A DNA stretch of 50,194 bases, taken from positions 1-50,194 of the forward strand of contig CAXHJY010001760.1 of the NCBI GenBank assembly GCA_964016885.1, written 5' to 3'. The notes under the pieces are model-generated. The model was not told the origin of the DNA. It searched no databases and saw nothing but the letters and a program-made list of their open reading frames with translations. Both the position numbers and the translations under genes were made by a program. Each line of letters opens with the position of its first letter. The first letter of the stretch is position 1. This document shows positions 25,953-38,926 of this stretch, in pieces. Source of the stretch: Eledone cirrhosa (Eukaryota).

Positions 25953-26371
25953 CATCATCATCATTGTCATTTAACATCCATTTTCCACGCTAGCATGGGT
26001 TAGACGAGTTGTCCCATTGTGAGACAGCCAGGTCAGGTGACAATGTCTTGCTCACACAGAACTGATTCTGGTTGGTTTCTGCAGCTGGATGCCCTTCCTA
26101 ATTCCAACCACATTTACAGTGCGTAATGGGTGGTTTTTGTCATGATACCTACATGACCAGTTTACAGTGTGGACTGGGTACTTTTTGTTGTGACACCTCC
26201 ATGACCACTTTACAGGTGGACTGGGTCGTTTTTGTTGTGACACCTACACGACGACTTTACAGTGTGGACTGGGTGCTTTTTGTCATGAGGGATACTGTGC
26301 TGGAGAGAATTTGTCCAGCTCATGCAACCATGGAAATACAGACATAAAATGATAATGATGGTGATGATGAT
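25953..26371. mobile_element. Two RTE 3'-UTR fragments joined head-to-head (minus 25953-26290, plus 26290-26371)
   Basis: (CAT)n tail on the left and (GAT)n tail on the right. The right part resembles the RTE variant tail at 37850-37915. Confidence 0.65.
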
Positions 26372-26496
26372 TAGAAAAGTATGTTTAAGATTAGAGTGAT
26401 CCAGTAAACTAGACTATACAACTAGAAGGTTGTTAGTTCGAAGTTAGATTATTGATTTCTGAAGATACCTGATCACAACTACTCATTTCACAGCCA

Positions 26497-27145
26497 TATA
26501 CTACACAACACTTACCCCCTCACCTCCCCCACTACACAACACTCAATCCTCACCTCCTACTTCACAACACTTCCCCACCACCACACAACACTCACCCCTC
26601 ACTCCCACTTCACAGCACTCACCCCTCACCCCCATTTCACAACACTCACCCCTCCCCTCCCACTACACAACACTCACACCTCCCCTCCCACTACACAACC
26701 CCACCCCACTACACAACACTCACTCCTTACCTCCCACCCACACCCTAAATAGTTTCTAATATTTATATTTATTGATAATTGTTGATGTGTATCCCCAAGA
26801 TGTTTTGTTCTGTCATAAACATGACACAGAAGTAAAGAATGAAACATTTGAGGAAATTAGAGCTAACCAAGTTGATATGGTGCCAGCTTACCACGTTGAA
26901 ATGTCTAGAGTTCTGGTACTATGCCATGTCCCTAGCAAATAGAAGTCTTAATTATCTCGTTGATCAAGTAGAAATAAAGTGCATGGTAGAGATACTTTAC
27001 CATGACCATCACACCACCATCAACCCATCACCCACACCATCATCACCACCACCACCACCATCAACCCATCACCACCACCCACACCACCACCATCACCACT
27101 ATCACCCCACCATCACCACCACACCCACCATCACCCCACCACCAC
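26497..27145. repeat. C-rich minisatellite (CACTACACAACACTCACCCCTC-like, 26497-26745) and (CAC)n tract (27001-27145)
   Basis: Directly visible. Confidence 0.85.
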
Positions 27146-27181
27146 GGTATAATCAAGTGTTAAACTAGCTTAAAAAACAAA

Positions 27182-27368
27182 TACTGTATATACTTGAATA
27201 TAAGTCGACCCCACTATTTTATGAGCAAAAATCCAAACCTTATTTACATAGAATTTTAAGTTGGTGAAAATTGTCGAAACATTGACCCCAAATATAACCC
27301 CCCCCCCTTCCACCATGCTGGGGGGGGGGGGTACATATTTCTGGGCTTGTATTTGAGTATATACAGTA
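27182..27368. mobile_element. Tc1/mariner-superfamily (Tc2/pogo-like) MITE (other copies 41794-42186, 44150-44463, ~16975-17189)
   Basis: TIRs TA|CTGTATATACTTGAATATAAG and CTTGTATTTGAGTATATACAG|TA, with TA flanks. Confidence 0.8.
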
Positions 27369-28300
27369 GTTCATATCTTGCTATAAGTAACCAGAAACCA
27401 CCCCAAAGTATGAAAAAATAATTGAAATTTACAGTTCACACCTATGAAGGTTTAGATAATATAATCTACTATGAAGTTGCTTCTCATCGAAGTCTTGGGT
27501 GTTGTAATGGTAAGGGGCCCCAGTCCTGTCATGTAAAGCAACATGAAATGAAGTATCTTGCTCAAGAACACCACAAGCCACCCAGTCCAGAATTGAACCC
27601 ACAATCTTATGATTGTGAGTCCAACACCCTAACCACCAGGCCACACATCTCCAGTCTATCTCTCCCATGAATCACTACATGGTGAAGTCATTAGTGCTGC
27701 TGTGGGGTTCAACATGTTATTAAGATACTTCAATGAATATTGATCCAATACATTGCTAGACTCACCAAGATTTTATCTAGATTTTAAGAGCCATTCATCA
27801 TTTGTTGTTCTTTTCTTTGTATGTCAGTTGGTATGTTGTGATGTTCATGCATTATCCAATGTCATTAGCCAAATAAATGAAGTGAGATGGTAGCAATGTA
27901 CAATTAAAAGCAGTTTACAGACTTTCTTCACCAGAATCTTAATATCAAATTTACAGTTGTCACCTGTGTAGGTTTAGGTGACCTTCTAAAGGGTTGCATT
28001 TTTTAGGAGTTATAATTTAAGGCGGCCCCAGTTATATCATAGACAGTAATGTGAAATGAATTGTCTTGCTCAAGAATACAACACATGCCCGGTCCAGGAA
28101 TCAAACTCAGGGCCTTATGATTGTGAGTCCAACACCCTAACCAGTCGGCTACTAAAATTTGTTTTAACTTGACCTTATATGTGTGTATATATAAATACAC
28201 ATACATATATGTACACACATATATATATACATAAGGAAAAAAAGATGAAATCGAAAATGCAACTGGAGTTTTTTTTTTTAAATATATATTTATTTGGTTC

Positions 28301-28336
28301 CTTTACCGGTTTCGCAGTTCTTGTGCTTTTCAAAAG
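28301..28336 (-). ncRNA. Decayed minimal hammerhead relic
   Basis: CUU-UUGAAAA-GCAC.AAGAA.CUGC-GAAA-CCGG-UA/AAG. Geometry and palindromic CCGG are correct, but the CUGANGA box has two substitutions. Confidence 0.45.
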
Positions 28337-28384
28337 TAGAATTGAGATGGAGGGTGTGTGGTTTTTCTTGCATATATATATATG

Positions 28385-28416
<32 letters not shown>

Positions 28417-29586
28417 TTTATATATATATATACAGAGAAAGATTTGTATATTTATGTGCATATAGTTTGAATTTATTCCTGTGATACTGCCTATGTCTGT
28501 GCACATAACATTGTTATTTCTGACCTATTTCTAATCATACATTAATAGTTTTAATGAAATTATTCCATACTTCCATAATCACCTCATTACATATATTCTT
28601 TTATTCTTTTACTGGTTTCAGTCATTAAACAGTGGCCATGCTGAGGCACCACCTTATTTTTCAAACACTGGTACTTATTTATCAATTTCTTTTTGTTGAA
28701 CTGCTATGTTATAGACCATAAACAAATGCAGACATAGACTGATGAGACACACACACACACACATACATACATCATCATCGTCAACGTTTTAATGTCCACT
28801 TTCCCTGCTAGCAAGGGTCGGATGGGTCTACATAGACCAAGTCAGTACAAAAGCAGAGCCACTGATCTCCCAGACAAGCCAGGGATCTATCGACTCTCTT
28901 CATGTTAGGTCAGTGCTCCACTGAGTGCACAGGAGAGGTTGTCATGTTTTTGACACAACTGAGGGTCCTCCCAACCTTTTTGTTTGGGAAGATTTCTACA
29001 GCTGGATACCCTTCCTATCACCAACCACTTTACAATGTGTGTATATATATATATATATTTATTAGCTAGGAGAAGTTGCAAGCTGAAACCACTTGAACTG
29101 GCAATATGACCTCTACCTTATTAATACACCCACACTGCTCTGATTTGTAACCTCCCTGGTCTTCGCACAGCAGAAACTCCATAGCCTCAACCTCTCAGGT
29201 GGAACACAATAGAGTAATCATCATCATCATCATCATCTAACATCTCTTTCACGCTAGCATGGGTTCAACCTCTCAGGTGGAACACAATAGAGTAATCATC
29301 ATCATCATCATCATCTCTTTCACGCTAGCATGGGTTAGGCGGGAATTGTCCCACTTGAGGCAAGATTGATCGGGTGACCATGTCTCACTCATATAGGACT
29401 GTATCTGGCAGGTTTTCTATGGCTGGATGCCCTAACACCAACCATATATATATACACACACGATGAGCTTCTTCTCAGTTCCTATCTACCAAGTTTCACT
29501 CACAAGGAATTGGTGAAACTGAGGTTATAGGAGAAGACACTGCCCCAATTGCCATGCAGTGGATTGAATGATCAATGTAGTTTAAT

Positions 29587-29885
29587 CTGGAAGAACACAA
29601 GAAAATCATAAATTATGCAGGCTTAGGAATAGATGTCGAGAGAATGTGGAATATGAAAGTAAGAGTGGTTCAAATTGTGATTGAAGCATTTGAGTTGGTG
29701 ACAGAAAGCCTCCAGCAAAACCTTGATAGAATTGGAATCAGTCCCAGCATTATGACATTACAAAAAATAACATTTTGGGGAACAGCAAATATCTTATAGA
29801 AATTAGTCTATCTGAGGTTATATAACTTGATAGGGTATCAATTATATGATCCAGTGTTAATAAGATCATCACTGTGCAAATGAAT
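29587..29885 (+). mobile_element. R4/Dong-like non-LTR retrotransposon 3' end (restriction-like endonuclease domain)
   Basis: Translates KKIINYAGLGIDVERMWNMKVRVVQIVIEAF...LQKITFWGTANIL, matching the K..KY..L..E..R.W...V.P.V.GALG...LQK..LLGTA.IL motif; AAT-type tail. Confidence 0.75.
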
Positions 29886-30283
29886 AATAGTAATGGTTTC
29901 TAATTTAGGCACAAGGCCAGCAATTCTGGAAGTGGGGGAAAGTCGATTAAATCAACCCCAGTGGGTTACTGGAATTTTATTTTATCAACCCTGTAAGGAT
30001 GAAAGGCAAAGCTAAGCATCGCGGGATTTGAACTCGGAACGTAAACAGCTGATGCTCTACCGATTTTTCCAATCCACTGCCCTAATAATAATAATTGTTT
30101 CACTTTTGGCACAAGGCCAGCAATTATCATAGTGCATTACTGGTACTTTATTTTATCAACCCCGTAAGGATAAAAGGCAAAGTTAACCTTGGCAAGATTT
30201 GAACTCAGACCATAAAGGGCCATAACTCTGTGCTGCAAAGCATGGCATCTGACCCTCTACTGATACTGCCAATCCACTGCCCT
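29886..30283 (-). mobile_element. Head-to-tail dimer of two SINE B subfamilies (29886-30082 and 30083-30283)
   Basis: Two complete copies with different 3' regions, joined through an (AAT)n tail. Confidence 0.85.
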
Positions 30284-30296
30284 AAATAATAATAAC

Positions 30297-30797
30297 TAGG
30301 ATCTAAAGTAGGAACTGAAAAGGATTTGGGACTGTCATGAGATCGAGGTTGTTCACATCATCATAGCACTGGGTACTGTTTCGAAGATTTTCTAAGGCTG
30401 GTTAACCCTTTAGCATTTACATTATTCTATATTTACTATTATATTTTCACAGTAAAGACTTTATCTTACATAATTTGCTCACATAATATTGAATTTATGA
30501 AATTTTGATGTTACTTGTTTTGAGAACAATACCTTAACATAAGTATGGGTGGCTGGTTACAGCCAGTTTGAACAGAAAGAGGCGAGAGAGTTCTGGCCAA
30601 ATATGGCTGGTTTAAATGCTAAAGGGTTAAAGATCATTAGCCCCGCCACTTTTTTTGGAACAGTCCAAAAGGCATGTCTGCTGGGAATAATAAGGACCTA
30701 ATACGTTCTGAATATCTGAGGTTTCGGGTTCATTAGTGCAAATTTTCCAGTTAAATAAAATCAATGACTGAGATGTCAAAATCATAATAATAATAAT
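30297..30797 (+). mobile_element. Second R4/Dong-like 3' fragment, split by a piggyBac MITE
   Basis: DLK*ELKRIWDCHEIEVVHIIIALGTVSK before the MITE and TVQKACLLG...VLNI* after it; (AAT)n tail. Confidence 0.7.
30406..30626 (+). mobile_element. piggyBac-type MITE family 1 (other copies 45956-46162 and 48101-48325 reversed)
   Basis: Perfect 14-bp TIR CCCTTTAGCATTTA with TTAA on both sides; all three copies are bounded by TTAA. Confidence 0.9.
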
Positions 30798-31202
30798 ATG
30801 GATGATAATAAAGATCAATGTTCATTGATACACAGTATCCAAAGGGTTCCTATTGAATTACAAATATCTATACTTGTTTGATATTTGTTATTTTTCTTGT
30901 CATATTTATGAAGAGATATAAATGATGCAAGAAAAGCTATTGATTTATCATAAGTTAATGAGTTAAACTCTCCACTAGGACTTCACTGTCTTGTTTACCT
31001 TTCTACAACTTACCTAGTTACTCTTTTACTGGTTCAAGTCATTAGAGTGCAGCCATGCTGCAGCACTACCTCTAAGTCAATCATATCGAGACCTGTACTT
31101 ATTTTTTAAAGTCTGGCACTTATTTTAATGACCTCTTTTTTAAACTGCTAAGTTGCAATACATAAACACAGATACAGACATGTAAATATATATATATGTA
31201 TG

Positions 31203-31259
<57 letters not shown>

Positions 31260-31261
31260 TA

Positions 31262-32595
31262 ATATTGACTATAGCAAGGAATTTAGCATACAGGTTGGTG
31301 TCGCTCATGGCTCTGTTCTTAGCCCTCTCCTTTTTATTATTGTATTGCAGGCTATAACACAGGAGTTTAAGACCGGATGCCCATGGGAACTTCTGTATGC
31401 GGATGATCTTACATTTATAGCTGAATCTATGGGGGAATTAGAGAAGAAATTCCAAATAAAGAAAGCAGGGACTGGGAAAAAGGGGTCTCAAAGTCAACCT
31501 GACAAAGACTAAGGACCTCATAAGTACAAGAGAAAACAGAACCCAGATCCCCTCAGGGAAATGCCCTTGTTCAGTATGTGGGAAAGGTGTAGGTAGAAAT
31601 TCCATCCTCTGCCCCAAATGCAAACTATGGGTACACAAGAGATGTAGTGGGATCTGAGGAAGTTTAGTTAAGAATGTAGGCTTTACATGGAGCAATTGCA
31701 CCGGGATAGTAAACAGCAAACAACTGCAGGAAACAAGCATTACCAAATTCTGGGAGGGCTCTGTAGAAACAGTAGACAGCTTCTGCTACCTAGGTGACCG
31801 AATTAGCAGTGGATGGAAGAACTTCAGGGAGCTACTACCACTGCTAGCTGCAGACTGTATGATGCGTGCATATGAACAGCAATATTGCATGGTAGTGAGA
31901 CTTGGGCATTGAGTGTAGAAGACTTGCATAGATTAGAAAAAAATGAAGCCTGCCTGCTCCGATGGATGTGTAATAGTAATATATGCGAACGGCAAAGCAT
32001 AAATGAATTGAGAGAGAGACTAAGCATAAGAGGAATCAAATGCTGTGTGCAGGAGAGGAGATTACGTTAGTATGGGCATGTGATGCGTATGAAGGATGAC
32101 AGCTGCATAAAAAGATGCAGAGCACTAAAAGTCAATGGAAGCCTTGGAGAGTGGAGGTCCAAGAAGACCCGGGATGAGGTGATAAAAGCTGATCTTGCCC
32201 AATTGCACCTCTCAAAGATGATGACATGGCACCGACACCTCTGGCGGTATGCAGTAATACAGAGGACCCGACTTCCTATGGGTACAATCCAAAGCTGAAG
32301 CATATAGACAGTGTTCCCCCACCCACTGTAAAGTGGTCATGTAAGTGTCACGACAAAAAAAAGCACCCAGTCCTCTCTGTAAAGTGGTCGTGTAGGCGCC
32401 ACAGTAAAAAGCGCCCAGTACTCACTGTAAATGAGGTTGGTGTTAGGAAAGGCATCCAGCTGTAGAAACCAAGCCAAAATCAGTTCTGTATGAGCAAGAC
32501 ACGGTCACCTGACCTGGCATTGCCCACAACAGGACAACCTGTCTAACCCATGCTAGCATGGAAGAATGGAAGTAAAATGGTGATGATGATGATGA
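31262..32595 (+). pseudogene. Longest RTE LINE relic: partial reverse transcriptase, Cys/His finger, C-terminus and 3' UTR
   Basis: GV.HGSVLSPLLFIIV...WELLYADDL RT motifs; PHD-like insert CSVCGKGVGRNSILCPKCKLWVHKRCSG; HGSETW and GHVMRM motifs. Contains frameshifts, stops and deletions; (GAT)n tail. Confidence 0.93.
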
Positions 32596-32883
32596 CTATT
32601 GAAACAAAGTCATTGGAAGGATCAATATATCTACAACCATTTTCTCACTGCTCTAATTAAGCCAGTATCATTAAGACACCAACCAAAAGGAAAGCAGAGT
32701 GCACACTTCTACGGTAAATAGTGAGAAAAACGATTTTGTACGAGTAGAGAATTTAATTCTCTATCCCTTGAGTAATGCACTAGTTTCTGCTACCCTCTGC
32801 TGGTCTATGTATATGAAAAAAATATCCTTTTTTACAAAAAAAAATAAAAACTGGTAAGAAGTCGGTGGAGAGGTTAAAACAGC

Positions 32884-32914
<31 letters not shown>

Positions 32915-32969
32915 ATTTATATATATATATATATATAATTTTGAAAACCATACAATGTACTAGAAAATA

Positions 32970-33008
<39 letters not shown>

Positions 33009-33049
33009 GATATATTAACAAATGGAAACTATATTTATAAAACCATATT

Positions 33050-33114
33050 TATTTCATTATACATATTTCAAGGACACCAAGTTAAATTATGGTGTGCTTT
33101 CATCAGATAAAATA
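33050..33114 (-). ncRNA. Type-I hammerhead ribozyme, family 1
   Basis: UAUUUUAU-CUGAUGA-AAGCACACCA...UGGUGUCCUU-GAAA-UAUGUA-UA/AUGAAAUA. Stem II has 9 bp plus a C.C mismatch; stem I is kept by a U.G wobble. Confidence 0.82.
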
Positions 33115-34119
33115 TAATATAGATCATTTTTATAAATAAATATTGACATACCCTTAAAGAATGCGACCATTTCTGTTGGAAGCTCCCGGATAGTGGGGTT
33201 ATAAATTTATTTATACTATTATGCAAATTAGTGTCGGATATTTTTTAAATCACAGTAGATTTAAAATAAGCCGTTGGGGTATGGAGAAAGAGAAAGAGAA
33301 AAAAGCAAACTTTAAGAGGAACATAAGAAAACAAGAAAAAGAGAAAAAGAAGAAAAAAGAGAAGAGAAAGAGAAAGCTCTAAGTGATAGGTTGTTGTATT
33401 AGCGTAACTTTTAAGATGAAGTGAAAAAATAAATATTTATTGGATGAGTAAAGTAAATAAGCATGAATGGAAAATAAATAAATAATAACAGGAGAATTTT
33501 AACCAGTGTTTAAATATGATTAAATGTTTAGTTTATCAATTAAATTAGCCATCAAATTATTGAGATCTATATATTATTAAAAAAATCTATATATTATTAA
33601 AACCTATATATTATTAAAAGAATATATTCATATATATACATACGCACACACACATACATACATATAAATATATATATATACCTACACATAACATACATAT
33701 AGATATAATAAAGGACTTTTTATGTATAAGATATAGGAATTTTCATAAACTTATAGATTTTTTTGAGAAACCAGAGAAAAAAAAACAGAAAAAACCCGGA
33801 GAAAAACATTTCTATGTAATAGCAAAACTGCGTGAAGGAAATGAAGTTATTTACTTATATTAAATGTTATAAATGTTAAGAGAACAAAGGAAATTTAAGA
33901 TTATAGAAACCTTATGTTATAATACAAACCTTATATTATAAATTTTATATCTAATAAATCCACCTGTTATGTAGTTGTGACTGTTATTATATAAGTTTGT
34001 TTATCACGAACCTTAAGAAAACCCTTATAACCGAGTGCATTTGAATTGTATGCATATATATATATACACACAACTCCCACTATATATATAGTTATGTAAT
34101 AAACAACATAAGATAATTA

Positions 34120-34180
34120 TTTCATTTACCAGTGGTTTCTTGAAAGCAAACGAAATTTGCTTTCATTCATCAGAATGAAA
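34120..34180 (-). ncRNA. Type-I hammerhead ribozyme, family 2
   Basis: UUUCAUU-CUGAUGA-A-UGAAAGCAAA-UUUCG-UUUGCUUUCA-A-GAAA-CCACUGG-UA/AAUGAAA. 7-bp stem I, 10-bp stem II (first position A.A mismatch), GUA triplet. Confidence 0.82.
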
Positions 34181-34451
34181 AAATCCTTGTGTATTTATTG
34201 ACCGGATTTTAAAAACAAAAAATATAATCTATATGAAAGTGAGGCTAGAAAAGGAAGGAGGGGAAAAGAAGAGAGAAAAAAAAAGAAGAGGAAAAAGAAT
34301 AAATATAAAAGTAGATAAACAGACATGCACACACATTAACCAACATACACCATGTAATTATCTTATGTTATTTATTACATAACTATTAAGCTCTGTAACC
34401 TACATAGAGCACTCTTTTTTCCTGGACCTTTCCGACGGAATTACTTCACAT

Positions 34452-34853
<402 letters not shown>

Positions 34854-34962
34854 AGGATTATACCAGTTTTAAACTAGTAAGACCATAATTCAGCAGAGTA
34901 CTCAATAGTTGAGATAGTAGAGTGTAAATATATTAGAGTCAGGGCTGAGCTCTTGATATTTA

Positions 34963-35005
<43 letters not shown>

Positions 35006-35258
35006 GATGGGCTGCTGCAGTCTCTATCTACCATATTCCACTCACAAAGCAATGGACAACCTTAGGCTTTAGTAGAAGATACTTGCTCAAGGTGCTACTC
35101 CATGTGACTGAACCTGAAATGATGTGGTTGTTAAGTGAAGTCCTTATCCACACAGCCTTGCTCTCACCTATCTTGTTAACCTTTCTAGTTTTTTGGTTTT
35201 GTTTTTACACATTTATTAAATTCAACCTCTCTGTTGGCTTAACATTCCAGTTCTCCGT

Positions 35259-35859
35259 GCTACCTTGGTGTACACGTAGGGTCAAGCTACCTTGGTGTAC
35301 ATGTAAGGTCACGCTATCTTGGTGTACATGTAGGGTCACGCTTCCTTGGTGTATATGTAGGGTCAAGCTACCTTGGTGTACATGCAAGGTCATGCTATCT
35401 TGGTGTACATGTAGGGTCACGCTATCTTGGTGTACATGTAGGGTCATGCTATCTTGGTGTACATGTAGGGTCACGCTATCTTGGTGTACATGTAGGGTCA
35501 TGCTATCTTGGTGTACATGTAGGGTCACGCTATCTTGGTGTATATGTAGGGTCAAGCTACCTTGGTGTACATGTAAGGTCATGCTATCTTGGTGTATATG
35601 TAGGGTCAAGCTACCTTGGTGTACATGTAAGGTCATGCTATCTTGGTGTACATGTAGGGTCACGCTATCTTGGTGTACATGTAGGGTCATGCTATCTTGG
35701 TGTACATGTAGGGTCACGCTATCTTGGTGTATATGTAGGGTCAAGCTACCTTGGTGTACATGTAAGGTCATGCTATCTTGGTGTACATGTAGGGTCACGC
35801 TATCTTGGTGTACATGTAGGGTCATGCTATCTTGGTGTATATTTAGGGTCACGCTACCT
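35259..35859. repeat. 27-bp minisatellite (GCTATCTTGGTGTACATGTAGGGTCAC), about 22 units
   Basis: Exact 27-nt period; explains the WCTCRVTLS and HVHQDSVTL repeat ORFs. Confidence 0.95.
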
Positions 35860-35889
35860 CATTTTGTGAAACCTAATGTATGGACATTT

Positions 35890-36075
35890 ATAATTGTTTC
35901 TACTTTTGGCACAAGACCAGCAATTACCTCAGTGTATTACTGGTACTTTATTTTATGACCCCGTAAGGATGAAAGGCAAAGTTAACCTCGGCAGGATTTG
36001 AACTAAAAGTATGAAGAACCGTAGCTCTATGCCACAAAGCTTGTTGTCCGATGGTCTACCAACTGTCACCCGCCG
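35890..36075 (-). mobile_element. SINE family B copy
   Basis: Matches other family B copies. Confidence 0.8.
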
Positions 36076-36545
36076 TCCCCCTGTCCTTATAGGGACATTA
36101 ATAATAAATTACACATTAAATCTCCACATTACTCATCTTTCTAGTCTTCCATAACAATACTTTTTGACTGGATAGATTACCTTATGACATTATTAATGTC
36201 TTACCTATTGTATTATCTACTGAAAACATCATGCTGGAATTGATTTATTTAGCTCTATATAGATACACTGACCATTTAGAACACTTCTGTCTACTTTCAT
36301 TTATTGATTATTGGATAAACTATTGATCTTTATATACACATATATACATTGCTTTAAAGCTCCCTTTCCCTGCTAGCAAGGGTTGGATAGGTCTACATAG
36401 ATCAGTACTGAAGCAATGGCTACTGATCTCCCAGACGAGCCAGGGATCTGTCGACATGCTTACATACAGTCTCATGTTCTACCAATTACACAGGGGAGGT
36501 TATGTATGATCCTCCTAACCCTTTGTTTGGCCCAATATATATATA

Positions 36546-36831
36546 CAGTTGCCCCTCGGTATTCATGGGGGTTACTAAAGCACCCACGAAGAGTGAAAAA
36601 TGGCGAATATTGGATGTGGTCCCTAAAAATGCCTATAAACGTCAGGCTAGCAAATATGGTATATTGTTATTAATAATTTAGCATTAAAAAGCGTTGAAAA
36701 ATATATGTTGCCACGAAAAAAGGCCATTAAAAAATCGCGGAAGATATTCACAATTCCTCGAATATGTGTTGGTTTCCAAGAACAATTATTAGTTAGCTTC
36801 TAAGGAAAATCCCGCGAATACCAGGGGTACA

Positions 36832-36834
<3 letters not shown>
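36546..36834. mobile_element. Tigger/pogo-like MITE
   Basis: Imperfect TIRs CAGTTGCCCCTCGGTATTCATGGG / CCCGCGAATACCAGGGGTACACTG; TA on the left, inserted in a TA tract. Confidence 0.75.
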
Positions 36835-36863
<29 letters not shown>

Positions 36864-36867
<4 letters not shown>

Positions 36868-37011
36868 TCACCATTTAACGTCCATTTTTCCATGCTAGCA
36901 TGGGTTAGATGGGTTATCCTGTTGTGGGACGAGCCAGAATAGATGACCGAGTCTTGCTCAGACAGAACAGCTTCTGGCTTGGAAAAATGGACGTTAAATG
37001 GTGATGATGAT
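36864..37011. mobile_element. Double-tailed RTE mini-insertion with perfect 29-bp inverted ends
   Basis: ATCATCACCATTTAACGTCCATTTTTCCA (36864-36892) and its exact reverse complement (36980-37008); both are the RTE 3' terminus. Confidence 0.85.
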
Positions 37012-37460
37012 GTGTGTGCTATTGTAATTAGAAGAAAAATATGGTTGAAAACATAAAAACCTCATATTTTTATACAGGTTTAATGGTGTTGAGATTAAGA
37101 TATATCTGATAGTACAATGAGAATTATCTTCAGATAAATGTATTGATTGTTTTTAGTGTGTTTTTCTTTTATCATGGTTGGTTTTAAGGTTAGTTGTTGC
37201 CATGGAGTTGTTTGAATAGACTATAATATAATACTGGTACTTATCGAGAAAGCCTGTATTATTCTAGCCACTCACCTGCTAGAAATAGCAACAAATCTCC
37301 CTCCAATCCCACCTTGCCATTTAAAAGAATTTTTTTTTTCTTTTAAGATGATGCACTTAAATCTAGATACATTATGTCTGATTAACCTTTTCTGTTACCA
37401 TACTTCTAATGAAATACACGGCTCTTGTGTTTTAGTTTATTTTAAAAATAATGTACAAAA

Positions 37461-37916
37461 GGATGCCTGTGTACGACTTGTGATGCTGCATGGTAGTGAA
37501 ACATGAGCTGTGATCGCAAAGGATATGTGTAGACTGGAGAGAAATGAAGCAGGCATGCTTCATTGGATGTTCAATGTAAACATGAGAGAAAGGCAGAGCA
37601 TGGATGAACTGAGATAGAAACTGGGTTTAAGAGAAATCCGAAGTGATGTGCTAGAGAAAAGACTGTGTTGGTATGGGCATGTGATGTGTATAGATGATGA
37701 TCACTGGGGTGAAGGAGTGCCAGAAAACTCAGTGGGTTGCAGCTGCAGTAAAGGTAGACCAAGGAAGACCTGGGCCGAGGTAGTGAAAGCTGATCACAAA
37801 TCACTGAGATTCACAAAGGAGATGACTAAAGAACGTGGCAAGAGGAGAGATGCTGTGCTGAAAAGTACCCTTCCAACCCATGCAAGCGTAGGAAAATGGA
37901 CATAAAAATTATGATG
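37461..37916 (+). mobile_element. Older RTE LINE 3' fragment
   Basis: LHGSET*, RL.WYGHVM and GRPRKTW motifs with stops. Confidence 0.85.
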
Positions 37917-38414
37917 GGAGGAATATAATAATAAAGCTTAACTTTTTTATTATTATACTGATGATTGAAGCATTACCTAACAAAAGGTTCTTGCATAATA
38001 TTTTAATGATCAGGAAGGGAGAAGGCTGCAGTTCGCAGGATGGAAACAGCAACAGAAAGAGCCTCCTGTTGGCTTTGAAGCAGAAGGTGAAGATGGGCAG
38101 TAATTTGGTCACCACTGGTGACCCTCCAGCAAGAAAGTGTTACTGTTAAGAGTTGAAACACCCAATGAACATTGGACACTGATGACATCAACACCTCCTG
38201 GCCAAGACTATGTTCACCAAAGGTGAATGAATGTGAGGCATCTTCTTGAAGATGTAATTATGCCTGCTGACTTAGATAAGAACCCTAACCCTTCATTACC
38301 ATATTTCTAATGAAAGATACTGCCTATGATTTTTAAATCATTTTGGAAATAATCAAGAATTTAGCAATATAACTTTTTCATTATTAATCTGTTAAATAGA
38401 ATACAATTTAAAGG

Positions 38415-38635
38415 TTCTTCTTCTTCCCCCACCTATTCCTGAGAGGGTTGTGGGGCAAGAGTCCTCAAACACTCCTTCCAGTGTGTCCTGTCAGAAGCAA
38501 CCGTCTCCAACTGATCCAGCTGGATCCCCAAGTGAGACCAGCCAAGCTCATGGATGTTATCCAACCATCTTGCTCGGGGTCTAGCCCTGGGTCTCTTGTC
38601 ATAAAATGTGTCCAACAATTCTTTCCTGAGATATT
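38415..38635 (-). mobile_element. 3' end of a second RTE lineage (Rex3/Expander-like) with (GAA)n tail; related copies 7952-8140, 23852-24085 and probably 44200-44322
   Basis: Encodes KRPRARPRARWLDNIHELGWSHLGI...VASDRTHWKECLRTLAPQPSQE*, followed by GAAGAAGAA. Confidence 0.75.
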
Positions 38636-38926
38636 CCTACATAGGCATGTGGTTAGAATTAACTTAAAGCTTCTTACATAAAATTATAAATGGAGATTTT
38701 TGTTGGTTATATAATCCCTTTGTAATAAACAGAATTGTATCATAGAGCCAGATCTGGTTTCTGGGGTGTTGGTATTAATATACATGCAAAAAGTAAATGG
38801 AAACAACAAAGTACAAGGAAGAAATATATTAGTTTAACATTTGATATAGTAGAAAACGTGTCTTTATGTTGCTCGTTTGTTCAACACTGACAAAGGAATG
38901 CTGCATATGTATATATATATACACAC

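Noticed and set aside
35083-35958. 291-aa Cys/Trp-rich ORF and the antisense 215-aa ORF
   Set aside because: By-product of a 27-bp (3n) minisatellite; the flanks are repeat-derived and no splice context supports it.
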